Origin: Eledone cirrhosa
Taxonomy: Eukaryota
Length of the DNA: 64,000 nucleotides
Direction of reading: 5' to 3'
NCBI GenBank assembly: GCA_964016885.1
Contig: OZ024747.1
Coordinates: forward strand, 35,960,001 to 36,024,000
The notes below the pieces were generated by a model. It saw only the letters and a list, made by a program, of their open reading frames with translations, made no database searches and was not told where the DNA came from. The position numbers were made by a program, and so were the translations under genes. Below, one piece after another: positions 53,501 through 64,000 of the stretch; position 1 is the first letter of the stretch; every line of letters starts with the position of its first letter.

Positions 53501-54284
53501 CTCATCTACCACTAAATTTAGGATATCAACCGAATCTTGTCCTAGCCCGTCAGCATTCATCTCCTCAGTGGCCGTATCTCTGTTCCAGGTATTATTTATC
53601 TCAGTATTCAGATCATTGTCTGCTTCGGGTGGTTCCTCCGTTCTCAGGACCTCCTCACCTTCATTTCCCGCCGGCTCGCTTGTCTGGCATACTACACCCG
53701 CCATCTCCAAGCCATTCTCTCTGCTCAGTTCCTCCAGTTCCAGCTCGCTTATCCACCCATTAGTTCTTATTACCCGAGCCTGCCCGGCCAATTTTTGTTC
53801 ATCTAATTTAAATAAACCAATCTCGTTCCAGATGTTATGCATCCGTCTCCTGTAGCCCCTCTCCTTGGGGTTACTTTTCAGGTAGCATTGCATAACAGTT
53901 CTATTCAATTCTTTCGTCCAGTTGGTTCTGGCCCCTTTCCTTCTTCTTCTTCCTCCAACATCAGCAGTATTTGGTTGACAGTCAGGTTCCTGCTGCTGAG
54001 CCAGGGGGCACCTGTTGGGTGAGAGTCTGTCACATGACGTTCTAGTCTCCATTTCACCGTTATTCGAACTGTTTATGTTCGATATTTAAACACTCTTATC
54101 GAGGATTGGCGAATGTATGTTTACATAGCCATCTGTGGATCCGCCATCCCACTTGGCCCTTGTGTGGCATTATCACCACGCTGTATACGGACACACATAA
54201 ACAAACAAACACACGGGCAGAAAGGGCCCCAAAAATGAATAAGCATAAGTTTCATTGTAATGTAGTATTCGAATGTCTGAATTA
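50574..54284 (-). mobile_element. R4/Dong-type family A, copy A2, apparently full length
   Basis: About 230-bp 5' UTR, intact ORF, about 80-bp 3' UTR, (ATT)n-like tracts on both sides. Confidence 0.95.
50660..54052 (-). CDS. Family A polyprotein, intact 1130 aa (Myb-like, RT, CCHC, restriction-like endonuclease)
   Basis: NWTKELNRTVMQCY, EPWWKKRL, NYRPITCL, IDYRKAFD, LFMDD, CRICGEREETVAHIVSEC, RPDLVVVD. Confidence 0.95.
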   Translation of the reverse strand: METRTSCDRLSPNRCPLAQQQEPDCQPNTADVGGRRRRKGARTNWTKELNRTVMQCYLKSNPKERGYRRRMHNIWNEIGLFKLDEQKLAGQARVIRTNGWISELELEELSRENGLEMAGVVCQTSEPAGNEGEEVLRTEEPPEADNDLNTEINNTWNRDTATEEMNADGLGQDSVDILNLVVDELNNDSGRPMNLRFVDRKKLKETTAKVNKVIPYLEARSLHQCNNILKATANTVRKLLGIKARGNNRQERAEPWWKKRLSGQIGEMRNDIGKLESLLNGTLKNIGTKNRLEIKYKTRSKKLNIIIEELKHRIVAKSAKIRRYENRVSQYKQNRMFDNNQKMLFGQLEGKERGNDLIPGAEQAKTFWRGIWEQDVRHNAQAGWIETVQREIGEQAQQQTDLSITVETLKGQAKKLTNWKSPGPDGVQGYWIKHLTSLHPKLTAMFNDCLVSGEVPEWLTKGTTVLIMKDRIKGNDVTNYRPITCLPVMWKLLTSIVSEEIYHHLHTNNLLPDEQKGCRKKSRGTKDQLLIDKMVMGNCRRRHTDLAMGWIDYRKAFDMVPHSWITKSLEIFRVADNIRQLLGRSMGSWETELTSTGVSLGSVKIKRGIFQGDSLSPLLFVLALMPLTIMLRKVRAGYKLGRGELTINHLLFMDDLKLFGKSEKELDVLVDTVRIFSSDICMQFGIGKCGVIVMKRGRLSRSNGIQIPTGEMIKEIDSEEGYKYLGVLEADGIKNKKMKELLRTEYIRRVRSVLKSHLNSRNAISAVNSRAVSIIRYSAGILRWNVAEQKEMDRKTRKLLTIYNMFHKRSDVDRLYLRRSDGGRGLISIEDCVQMEKNNLYKYVTYSKEPMLRAVLKEGTVGQGISKEEITSRRKSILKGKSLHSTFFEKTEFRDPQTWNWLRRGDLKKATEGMLMAAQEQALKTKWLKHHIYKEEASPLCRICGEREETVAHIVSECKHLAQTHYKGWRHHVMGRVIHWHLCKVNNLPHSEKWYEHRPEAVMENSQVKVLWDFRIQTDKKLEHNRPDLVVVDKEKRPCLIVDVACPFDTRVQEKEREKINRYQDLKWEVKRIWNCHEVKVIPIVIGALGTISKGFQGWLKKIGPFTLFGTLQKACLLGTARTLRYVLNI

Positions 54285-54307
54285 CTATTATTATTATTAT
54301 TATTATT

Positions 54308-54664
54308 GTTATTCCTTGAATCTCAGTCATTGATGTTGGTTAACTGGAAAGTCCGTTGGATTGAATATCAAGCCACTACCTGCAGCCTCAGATATTCAGG
54401 ACGTATCGGAGGGTTCTTGCCGTTCCAAGCAAGCATGCCTTTTGAAGCGTTCCAAAAAGCGTGAAGGGGCCGATTTTCTTTAACCATCCCTGGAAACCTT
54501 TGGAGATAGTCCCCAGTGCGCCTATGACAATCGGGATCACTTTGACTTCATGGCAGTTCCAAATCCTTTTCACCTCCCACTTTAGGTCCTGGTATCGGTT
54601 AATTTTCTCCCTCTCCTTCTCTTGCACTCTCGTGTCGAACGGGCAGGCCACATCCACAATCAGG

Positions 54665-54666
<2 letters not shown>
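54308..54666 (-). mobile_element. R4/Dong-type family A, copy A3 (360-bp 3' fragment)
   Basis: Appears identical to 50580-50938; (ATT)n on both sides. Confidence 0.95.
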
Positions 54667-54728
<62 letters not shown>

Positions 54729-54734
54729 TATAAT

Positions 54735-55369
54735 ACATGAGAAGAAAGAATACTGCGTGGTTGCACATGGGTTACATATGATAAAAATAGTCCTTCGTCA
54801 GTGATTTTCCAACCTCCATTGGTATTTCATCGCTTTAAAAATCATATACCTCTGGTTGGTGCTAGCAATAGCTAAATATGGCTATTGGGACAAGTAAATC
54901 GCGTAAAGCGAGCGAGACAGTAAACAACAAGAAAGGATAGCAACGCAAAGATAGTAAAAAACATGCAGCATGGGGATCCGGTCAGTTTAAGCTGTGTGGA
55001 TTTCATGAGCGAGGGAAATACAGACCTTGGACGTGAGTGAGATGATAGCAAGAAGAGAACCCACTACAGGCCAAACGGGAGGAAGTGAGAAGGGGAGAAA
55101 CAGAGAGTGAGTGAGTGGAAGTGCGAGGAAGAGGCCAGTCGAGAGAAAGTGTAACTGATAGAGGGGACGAAAGAAGGTGAGAGAAACAGAGAGAGCGGGG
55201 AAGCAGTAAGAGAGAAACAGACAAACGCAGCTGAGGAAAATATATATAAAAAACATGAGAAGAAAGAATACTGCGAGGTTGCACATGGGTTACATATGAT
55301 AAAAATAGTCCTTCGTCAGTGATTTTCCAACCTTCATTGGTATTTTATCGCTTTAAAAATCATATACCT
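54735..55369. repeat. ~115-bp direct repeat pair 518 bp apart (third partial copy at about 55387-55410)
   Basis: ACATGAGAAGAAAGAATACTGCG...AAATCATATACCT at 54735 and 55253. Confidence 0.85.
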
Positions 55370-56689
55370 ATGAGTAAAATCATATACATATGATAAAAAT
55401 AGTCCTTCGTATAGTTTGAATCATCACAGTAAGGCGTGCTGCAGTTTTATTGTATAGCAATAAGTCCTTGACAGGTTTAAAATCACATATACGAATCAGG
55501 TTAATGCTATCACCGAAATGGAGATGAAGCCATCATCTATGTGTGTGCAGGAAAGTTTGTATGAATGAGTGTTATAATATAAATGTATAAATGTACATAT
55601 TTAATTTAAAACTGATATATTTATAGATAATTGTTTCCATGTTTTTTATGTACATTTTCTAACGGATTTCTTTCTAGAATCTTCGTACTTGTATTCTCTA
55701 AGCATGTACAATTGCGTTGATTGATAGATATTTATTCGGTTTCTGCAGCTGATAGATGAATTTAAGAGCACGTAATTTGATATCAAAATTCATGCCTATA
55801 AACTATATGATTTATTTCCTGTAGCTCGTTATACTACATTAATTTGCGTGGTACGGGCTTCGAAAATGTTTGTGATTGCGATATATTTATCTGAAGGAAA
55901 TTATGAAACTTTTTGAATCATCAAACTAAAGCTCGCTGCAGTTTTATTTTGAAGCAATAATTACGTATATATGTTATATATAAATTATATTCTTTGAAGC
56001 TGTTTCAACAAAATGATAATTAAAATACTGAATGTTTCATATTTGACTTATATATAAAACATATGTGCTTTTCTTTAAATGCTATTTCCTGAATATTTAT
56101 TGTCGGTGCATATGTATTACTAAATGCCGGCCAGTACTATACCATATACTTAGTATTTTGCCGAGTCATATTCCATATTCTATATTCTCTGAAAGAAAAA
56201 TTGCCATAGGTTTAAAATTATATCTCAATTTAATTTCTAGATTTAATACACACAATATTTAATACATATATTTCTTTCATGTGAAAGATTTCAAAATGTT
56301 CTTTCAGAATGAGAAATATATATTGATTAGCGTAGTAACCGATGGGTTATTTATTTGTTAATTGTCAAATCTCTATCGTCACATACCCTGTAATCGTTTC
56401 GATGACTATTTTTACTCTTTTCTAACTTCTCTTTGTCCTTATCCTTTTTTATCAACACCATGGATTAGATTGAGCATAATCAGCACTATGGATTAGTTCC
56501 TAACTTAATAGTAAACTCAAATACATATATTTCCATCATTACTTTGTGACACTTAAGATTTATTTCAAAAAGGAACATTAGAGTATTATTAAATTTCTCT
56601 TTTTGCGGGATCGGTTAAAAATGTCATTTTACTACGTTCTGACGAATTAAATAACAGAATTTATAGCAATAAAATCGGGATTTTGTAGA

Positions 56690-56736
56690 TAGTGGTGGTG
56701 GTTGTGGTGGTGGTGGTGGGAGTGGTGGTGGTGGTG

Positions 56737-56793
<57 letters not shown>
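56690..56793. repeat. Compound (TGG)n/(TAG)n microsatellite
   Basis: Direct reading. Confidence 0.97.
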
Positions 56794-57363
56794 ACATGTG
56801 CTTATAATATTTGTGTATATTATTGATCACTCTTATACAGTATATGGGCCGTTAAGGATTTGTATGTGCTAGGGCTTAGATATTTCAAACGAGTACTGGT
56901 TCATCAAGTCGGAATTTGATCACAAGGTGCTGTAAAAAAATGTAAACAATCTCTAACGACACCTTACGCACAACAGAATATAATATTTCTTTGTTTATTG
57001 TCCACTAAATAAAATAATTCAAGTATGACATCGGCGTTATATTATCTCGGAGGGCGGAGAAGCTGAATATTGTTAAGCGGAACAGGAAAGGTTAACTGCA
57101 GTGTTTGAAAAACCCCAACTGTAAAACTATGAAAGGTGGAAAAATGAGTGTCAACGTATAAAGGAAAGGAACCTCTTGAAGGTTTTTCCAAACAAGGAAA
57201 ACAGGTTAGCGATATGTAGAGCTCGAATATTCGAAAGATATAAGAGTTTATTTACTCGTACATATATCTGCTAAATAAATGGGAGATGAATATGATACAG
57301 ATAGCAAAAGTGATTCGTAGGTTATACGTACAAATAATAAACATGATTTTAAACAGAAATAAT

Positions 57364-57418
57364 TGTTTCTATTTTAGGCACAAGGCCAGCAATTTCCCAG
57401 TGCATTACTGGTACTTTA
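57364..57418 (-). mobile_element. Short SINE 3' fragment with probable TSD
   Basis: TTTAGGCACAAGGCCAGCAATTTCCCAGTGCATTACTGGTAC, flanked by TTTTAAA(C/T)AGAAATAAT on both sides. Confidence 0.75.
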
Positions 57419-58938
57419 TTTTAAATAGAAATAATAAGAACCTATTAAATACGTTTGCGTAATCAGCATAAAAGCAGCAAAAGTCTTATAAAACATACAC
57501 AAACATTCAAATAAAACTGAATACTAAATCTATTAACGGCGATAATACGCATGTAACATGGAAGCCAAATTAATTTCAAAGCACAGCATGCCTACTGAAT
57601 GTTCACTAAAGTTCAATGAAAATAATAGAAATAATGTAACGGGTTGTATAGGATGAATGGTTTCAAGGAAATGGTTCTGAGGTGGAAATGTTCTATATAA
57701 CAATAATCTGAGTATCGAAATATCTGAATATCTGAAATATCTGAAACAGTCCATGGAAATACACTTCTAACAATACACATGTACCAGGAACAATAACATG
57801 ATTTGTAAACGGGTGTATAATTGCGATGATTGATACAGTAATAAAGATAGATAAATTATATTGTAATATATTCAAACAACATCACGTATAGCATTTCCAG
57901 ACAACGTTTCCAGTATAACGTTTCTTTTCGTGGAGAACTATGGATCACCCCATACGAGAAAAGTAGCTACACAAAACAGGACGAAAATCACGAAGCATTC
58001 TAAGAATAAGACTCACAGGTCTAAAGTAAGAGTTATAAATGTCAAATGAAATTAAAAATCGGGATTCAAAAGTTTTAGATGAATTTAGTTTCTGAATATA
58101 GAAACAATATTTATTTATCGTCAGGAATAGGAAGATATGTCAGCCATAAGTGGCATGAACCCAAGATATATGCACGAAAAAAAATGGAGTTTAGAAAATC
58201 TGAAAACAAATGCTATGAGTATAATATTTTATTGAAAGCATGATGATTTATATTTTATATAGAGAATAATTAGATATTAAATATACTTCCTTATCACTTA
58301 GCATTGTGTGAATCATTTATTTGTCTTTAAAATATGATGTGTATGGCTTTATGTTTTTTATATATTTTAATGACGAAAAGACGAGTTAGTAACAACGACC
58401 CTAGTATATACTTCAGTTTGAATTAATTCCGATTTATATTTGTTGAAATCAAATGTAAATTTTGATATTGAAGCATTCATAATTGAACCAGAAGCACAGT
58501 AGTTTAGGATAAATTATGAAGAGTGTCACACAAAACGCGCCTTGTATAGAGAACCGTGGAAGCATTGATTAGCATATTCAGCAATGCACTAAACATCCAC
58601 GAAAAATGATGAATAGCAATTCTACACATAATAGACAATTCAGGCTATGTAGAAATATTTACTCATTGTTAGATTGCTGGTAATACAACGGCAATGAAAT
58701 AGAATAATAGCAGACCTTTACATTGAACAAAAAAAATCAAAAATAGAAAATATACTTGCAACAACAATTTTGGGGGAGAGGAAAGTCGATTAAAATCAAC
58801 CCCAGTTCATTATTGGCGCTTTATATTCTCGATCCCATAAGGATGACAGGCAAAGATAACTACGGTGGGATTTGAACTCATATTGTAAAAAACCGTAATT
58901 GTATGTCACTATGCATGTTCTCCGATAATAATAATAAT

Positions 58939-59119
58939 TGTTTCTACTTTAGGCACAAGGCCAGCAATTATCCAGTGCATTACTGGTACTTTATTTTATC
59001 GACCTCGTAAGGATGAAAGGGAAAATCAACCTAGGCGGGATTTGAACTCAGATCGTAAAGGGACGTAACTATGCTGGAAAGCATGGCGTCCGACCCTCTA
59101 CCGATACTGCCAATCCACC
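58939..59119 (-). mobile_element. Full-length tRNA-derived SINE with (ATT)n tail and 18-bp TSD; older SINE copies adjacent (about 58765-58925 and 59138-59340)
   Basis: - strand A-box-like TGGCAGTATCGG and B-box GAGTTCAAATCC. TCCGATAATAATAATAAT at 58921-58938 and 59120-59137. Confidence 0.88.
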
Positions 59120-59390
59120 TCCGATAATAATAATAATGGTTTCTGGTTTAGGCACAAGGCCAACAATATTGTGGAAAGGAAAATCTATTAATTCGGCCCC
59201 AGAACGTGATTTTTATTTCATTTTATCAACAACGAAATGAAGGAAGGCAAAGCTGATCCCGGTGGAATTCGATGGTAAAACGTAAATAGTCGCAAAACAT
59301 GTTGTCCGACTCTCTAACGATGCTGTCAAAGCACGGCCTTTACAATTAACAATAATGGTGATATCGTTATACACAGATGTGTATGTATTA

Positions 59391-59427
<37 letters not shown>

Positions 59428-59490
59428 CAAAGGAACCAAATGGATCATAACGCACCAGAGTACTCAATACTTAGGTTAGTAGAGTGGGAA

Positions 59491-59778
<288 letters not shown>

Positions 59779-59837
59779 GTGTAGTAGTGAAAGAGTGAAG
59801 AATAACATGGTCGGCTGTACAAAAAAGGTTTTATTTA

Positions 59838-59951
59838 CAGTATTAACAATCGTTTCATTGATCTGGTGTGCTAAAGGCCGCTAGTCACTCGAAGTTCTGC
59901 CACTCGACCTTAAATACAGTGTGTGTCTTTGATCAAATCATCGGAATACTG
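59838..59951 (-). ncRNA. Candidate minimal type I hammerhead (variant core)
   Basis: - strand CAGTATT-CCGATGA-TTTGATC...GATCAAT-GAAAC-GATT-GTT-AATACTG. Confidence 0.55.
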
Positions 59952-60158
59952 GAGGGTGTAACACATGACATTGGTATTTATAGATACTTGGGAGAATCAA
60001 GTGAATGAAAACAATAACATCAATAACAAAAGATAATAAAATATAATAATAAAGAAGATAGAATGAAAATGATAAAGATGTAAAAAAATAAGCAGAAAAT
60101 AAGTACAGAATACGATTGCTCATAATAGTAGTAGTGGTGGTGGTAGTTGAAGTTATAA

Positions 60159-60318
60159 GTGTTTCTACTTTAGGCACAAGGCCAGCAATTACCCAGTGTA
60201 TTACTGGTACTTTATTTTATCGACCCCCGTAAGGACGAAAGGAAAGTTAACCTTGGCCGTAACTCTATGCGTCAAAGCATGGCGTCCGACCCTCTACCGA
60301 TACTGCCAATCCACCGCC
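60159..60318 (-). mobile_element. tRNA-derived SINE (internal deletion) with 8-bp TSD
   Basis: AGTTATAA at 60151-60158 and 60319-60326. The empty site is present in the inverted paralogue at about 62020-62040. Confidence 0.88.
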
Positions 60319-60389
60319 AGTTATAATGGTGAGTAAGTGATGACGGTAAAGATAACAATAACATGAAAAGAAATACGAAATACATGATA

Positions 60390-61337
60390 TCTATATATAT
60401 AAAACTGTGGTTGTCTGTCTGTCTATCGATTTTTGGCACACATCTCCTCTTAGAATCTCTCACGGAATTGCACCGAAATTGCTATACTTGTACATTGAGC
60501 CCTAGCGAAGACATCGGAAAAAAAATATTTCAAATTGACCCACCCTATGTGACGAAATCGAATATAATGTATCGATTTTTGAGCGTAAGTTATCAGTTAT
60601 TTCCCTTTGTTCTGTTTACATTGAGCGTCTTACGTAAAAAATTACGCTGGCTTTCTCAGCGTTTAAAATGACATTAACACAATACACGAACAGTTGTCGA
60701 GCCAGCAAAATATTGACCTGCAAAATTCATCAGTTCGAACACTAAGCTTCTGTTTTGCTTCATTTCCATTTAAAAGCATTTTAAAACAATATTTTTACTT
60801 GAAAACAAGTCTATTTAAAGACTACGTAAAACAAGCAAATATTTCGTCGTTAGGCGTGCAGACAGACAGTCGTGCAGACAGACAGTCGTGCAGAGAGGTG
60901 ATATACGCGTGCAGACAGACAGTCGTGCAGAGAGGTGATATAGGCGTGCAGACAGACAGTCGTGCAGAGAGGTGATATAGGCGTGCAGACAGACAGTCGT
61001 GCAGAGAGGTGATATAGGCGTGCAGACAGACATAACTGATAATTTGGTCACGCTAATGTTTTTCTCTGCGTTGCAGTGTTTACATTTTCGATCTTTGTTA
61101 ATAAATAACCAGTGCAGTTTCTATCCCCAGCATCCTCTTTTGTTATAACATTCGGGTTATCGTTATGTTTTCTTAACTTCATAAGGCATATTGTTGGTTG
61201 AGGGAATATTAATCAAAAACACCACATGCAAGTCTGCACAGTAGACACTACAGTTTTTAAGCCAAGAAAGAAACTTAACATTGTAACTTTAACACAGCTA
61301 CTGAGCGACCCCGAGCAACGCTGGGCTTTACTGCTAC
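60390..61337 (+). mobile_element. Non-autonomous Helitron inserted at A|T without TSD
   Basis: 5' TCTATATATATAAAACTG; 3' CCCGAGCAACGCTGGG hairpin then CTAC (CTAG variant). The paralogous empty site CATGATA|TGTAGTATAAA is seen as a reverse complement at about 61935-61952. Confidence 0.85.
60852..61032. repeat. 37-bp minisatellite inside the Helitron
   Basis: AGGCGTGCAGACAGACAGTCGTGCAGAGAGGTGATAT units at 60905, 60942, 60979 and 61016, plus a variant at 60852. Confidence 0.95.
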
Positions 61338-62229
61338 TGTAGTATAAATGCAAGAGGTACAATCAAATCTCAGAGGATTAAAATGAAAAATAAAAAATAA
61401 AAATAGAAAATAAATATTAAAATATAAGTAAGAGATAAGGGACAGAATAGAAAGTTCAATTTTCTGTAGGCACAAAACATCTACTATGTTCTGTAACTTC
61501 AAACCGGCATGATTCGATCCAGCAATCTCAGAATTCAAGCAGAACCACCCGGGTTTTAATCTATTAGCTCCACACCACACCACTGTTATTAGCTGTCAAC
61601 TGACCAACTGGTCATTAAATCAACATCATAAATCTTCCAACATTTCTTCCTCTCTCTCTCTATAACCGCACCGACTCCATTAAGATGAAACAATCAGTCT
61701 GCCAGACCCTGAACACCCATATATCATCACTTTTTATTCTCTATCTATATATCTACTCCTTCCCCGTCCCTAGCCTTACCCCTTATATCTTATCCTCGAA
61801 ACCCTATCCTCACTCTCTCTCTCTCCTGTCCCTTATCTCTTCCTCTCTTACTTATTTTTTTATTATTTATTCGTTATTTTTTATTTTATACTTTTTTTAT
61901 TTTAATCCAATGAGATTTGATTGTACCTCATGTATTTATACTACATATCATGTATTTCGTATTTCTTTTCGTGTTATTGTTATCTTTACCGTCATCAATA
62001 TTTTACACATCCACTTACTCACCATTGTAACTCAACTACCACCACCACTACTATTATTATCAGCAATCATATTCTGTACTTATTTTCTGCTTATTTGTTT
62101 CCATCTTTATCATTTTCATTCATTTTCATTATTATTATATTTTATTATCTTTTGTTATTGATGTTATTGTCTTCATTCACTTGATTCTCCGAAGTATCTA
62201 TAAATACCAATGCCATGTGTTACACCCTC

Positions 62230-62340
62230 CAGTATTCCGATGATTTGATCAAATACAACACTGTATTTAAGGTCGAGTGACGCAACTTCGTCATTAGCGG
62301 CCATTAGCTCACCTGATCAATGAAACAATTGTTAATACTG
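62230..62340 (+). ncRNA. Candidate minimal type I hammerhead (variant core, branched stem II)
   Basis: Stem I CAGTATT/AATACTG (7 bp), CCGATGA, TTGATCA/TGATCAA, GAAAC, palindromic AATT, GTT. Confidence 0.6.
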
Positions 62341-62644
62341 TAAATAAAACCCTTTTTGTACGACCGAGCACGTTATTATTCACACTTTCACTACTATTAC
62401 TCCAAGAATAACCTGCATGGGAATTCTTGCAAACTCGCTACCTAACTAACGGAATCTCTTGCTGAATCAAACAACGCCGCACGTTAAAAATACCCACAGT
62501 ACAGAGTACTCACAACCTCTAACTGGATTACCCAAAATGATAACTTATTATCCTATATATATATATATATATTTTTTTTTTTTAAATAATGGAGAGAACA
62601 ATAATATTTATGAATACATATATATTTAATGGCTGACAAGTTGT

Positions 62645-64000
62645 TTCAAATACTCCACAGTAAGAATGGACATAGATGCTGAGATATCGAATATAAAGCG
62701 ACAGATGTACATAAAAAATGAACAAATATGTGTGTCAGTATTATCATTAGAGCCTAAAATCTGTTTACAAATATTAACTCATAAATCAGAACATATCACC
62801 GAAATGAAAAACCTTTAAATGTGTAATGTTGATGTTAAACGGTTGGAAATGAAAATACGTTATAGCAGCTATTTCGTTTTGGTTTGAAATTGAAGAAGTA
62901 AATAACATTTAAAGGGAGATCATTAATGAAAAAAGGAGATAATTAAGTCAAAACAAGTGAATGATTCGAAAAAAGAGAAAAGGAAGGAGATGAATAAAAG
63001 GTTGAGCCGATTTTAAGGACACATTTAAAATAAAGAATGATAAGTTTAGTGAAGAGGAATAGAAACTATACCCAGTTATTAATAGGGAGATGTAAGACAG
63101 TTCTTTAGGAAAGGGTAAAACAGTTGAAACATCGAAACAAAGTAATAATAAATTTAGTAGGGGTTAGAGTGTATTAGACCAATTGAAATACTAAAAGATA
63201 ATTACATTACATAGGGGATATATGTTCGAAGGTTTATGTAGGTTATAAAGTGTAATGTAATAAGAGGTTTTATTATAAATGAAAATTAAAAAATAGTAAA
63301 TAACGGAATGTAAAATAGATAGTTAAAATATTATTTTAAAGGGGATACGTTAAAAGAAGAAAAGTGATCAAAAATATAGTATAGGATAGGAAAAAGTAAA
63401 ATCAGGAAAGAATGAGGTTTAAAAAGGATAGGAGAGGGACCGACATTTAGTAAAGAGGTGTAGGTAAAGTGCATAAATGTAAAATTAATAAAAGCAGAGT
63501 AGAGGATTTAGAAATAAAAGATCTTACACATTCCTATAAATAACTGGGTATAGTTTCTATTCCTCTTCACTAAACGTATCATTCTTTATTTTTAAATGTG
63601 TCCTTAAAATCTTCTCAACATGTTATTCATCTCCTTCCTTTTCTCTCTTTTAGAATCATTCACTTTATGTTTGACTAAACAGCAATTCTTAATTATCTCC
63701 ACATTTCATTAATGATCACCCTTTGAATGTTATTTACTTCTTCAATTTCAATGCAACACCAAATGGCTGCTATAACGTTTTTTTCATTTCCAACCTTTTA
63801 ACATCAACATTTCACATTTAAAGTAGGTTTTTCACTTGGGTGATATGTTCTGATTTATGAGTTAATATGTTATAAATACTTTTTTTCCGGCTTTGATCAT
63901 AATTTCTGACACACATATTTGTTCATTTTTAATGTACTTCTATCGTTTTATATTCGATATCTCAACATCTATGTCCATTCTTACTGTGCAGTATTTGAAA
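62645..64000. mobile_element. Fold-back element with >440-bp diverged inverted arms, cut by the window edge
   Basis: 62645-63090 vs 63530-64000, e.g. AGTGAAGAGGAATAGAAACTATACCCAGTTATT / AATAACTGGGTATAGTTTCTATTCCTCTTCACT. Confidence 0.85.

Larger units (their letters stand above)
59781..62400. mobile_element. Inverted pair of Penelope-like terminal repeats (left arm 59781-61446 interrupted by a SINE and a Helitron; right arm about 61822-62400)
   Basis: The arms are diverged reverse complements and each carries a hammerhead-like motif. The Penelope assignment is inferred from that motif. Confidence 0.7.

Noticed and set aside
54053-54284. HDV-like ribozyme in the family A 5' UTR (GGCCCTT/AAGGGCC pairing)
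   Set aside because: I could not build a convincing P2/P3/P1.1 nested pseudoknot by eye; it needs an Infernal or RNArobo search.
14337-54720. Flamenco-like unistrand piRNA cluster or telomeric retrotransposon array
   Set aside because: Elements lie on both strands with orientation explained by clade and target. There are no telomeric repeats and ordinary flanks on both sides. Small-RNA data would be needed to revisit this.
54735-55369. TRIM/LTR element from the direct repeat pair
   Set aside because: No TG...CA termini, PBS or TSD identified.
60852-61032. CRISPR-like 37-bp repeat
   Set aside because: Units are contiguous with no unique spacers and lie inside a eukaryotic Helitron; it is a minisatellite.

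Overview
AT-rich, microsatellite-dense animal DNA with no recognisable host protein-coding gene. The tRNA-derived SINE resembles octopod SINEs, so a cephalopod host is my inference only. The centre (14337-54720, about 40 kb) is an uninterrupted array of 11 non-LTR retrotransposons, each separated only by (ATT)n tracts. Seven are R4/Dong-type RT-RLE elements of two families, all on the - strand; one has an intact 1130-aa ORF. Four are Tx1/L1-type ORF1+ORF2 elements with three ORF1 types, all on the + strand. The most unexpected signal is in the Tx1-like elements. All four have a consensus splice donor (G|GTAAGT) at the ORF1 stop, embedded in a hairpin, and three have a strong acceptor (polypyrimidine-CAG) in the 3' UTR, so all of ORF2 looks like an intron. 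The flanks hold an RTE remnant, Penelope-like remnants with variant hammerhead motifs, fold-back MITEs, two non-autonomous Helitrons, and SINEs whose 3' end resembles the Tx1 3' end. All identities and alignments were judged by eye.
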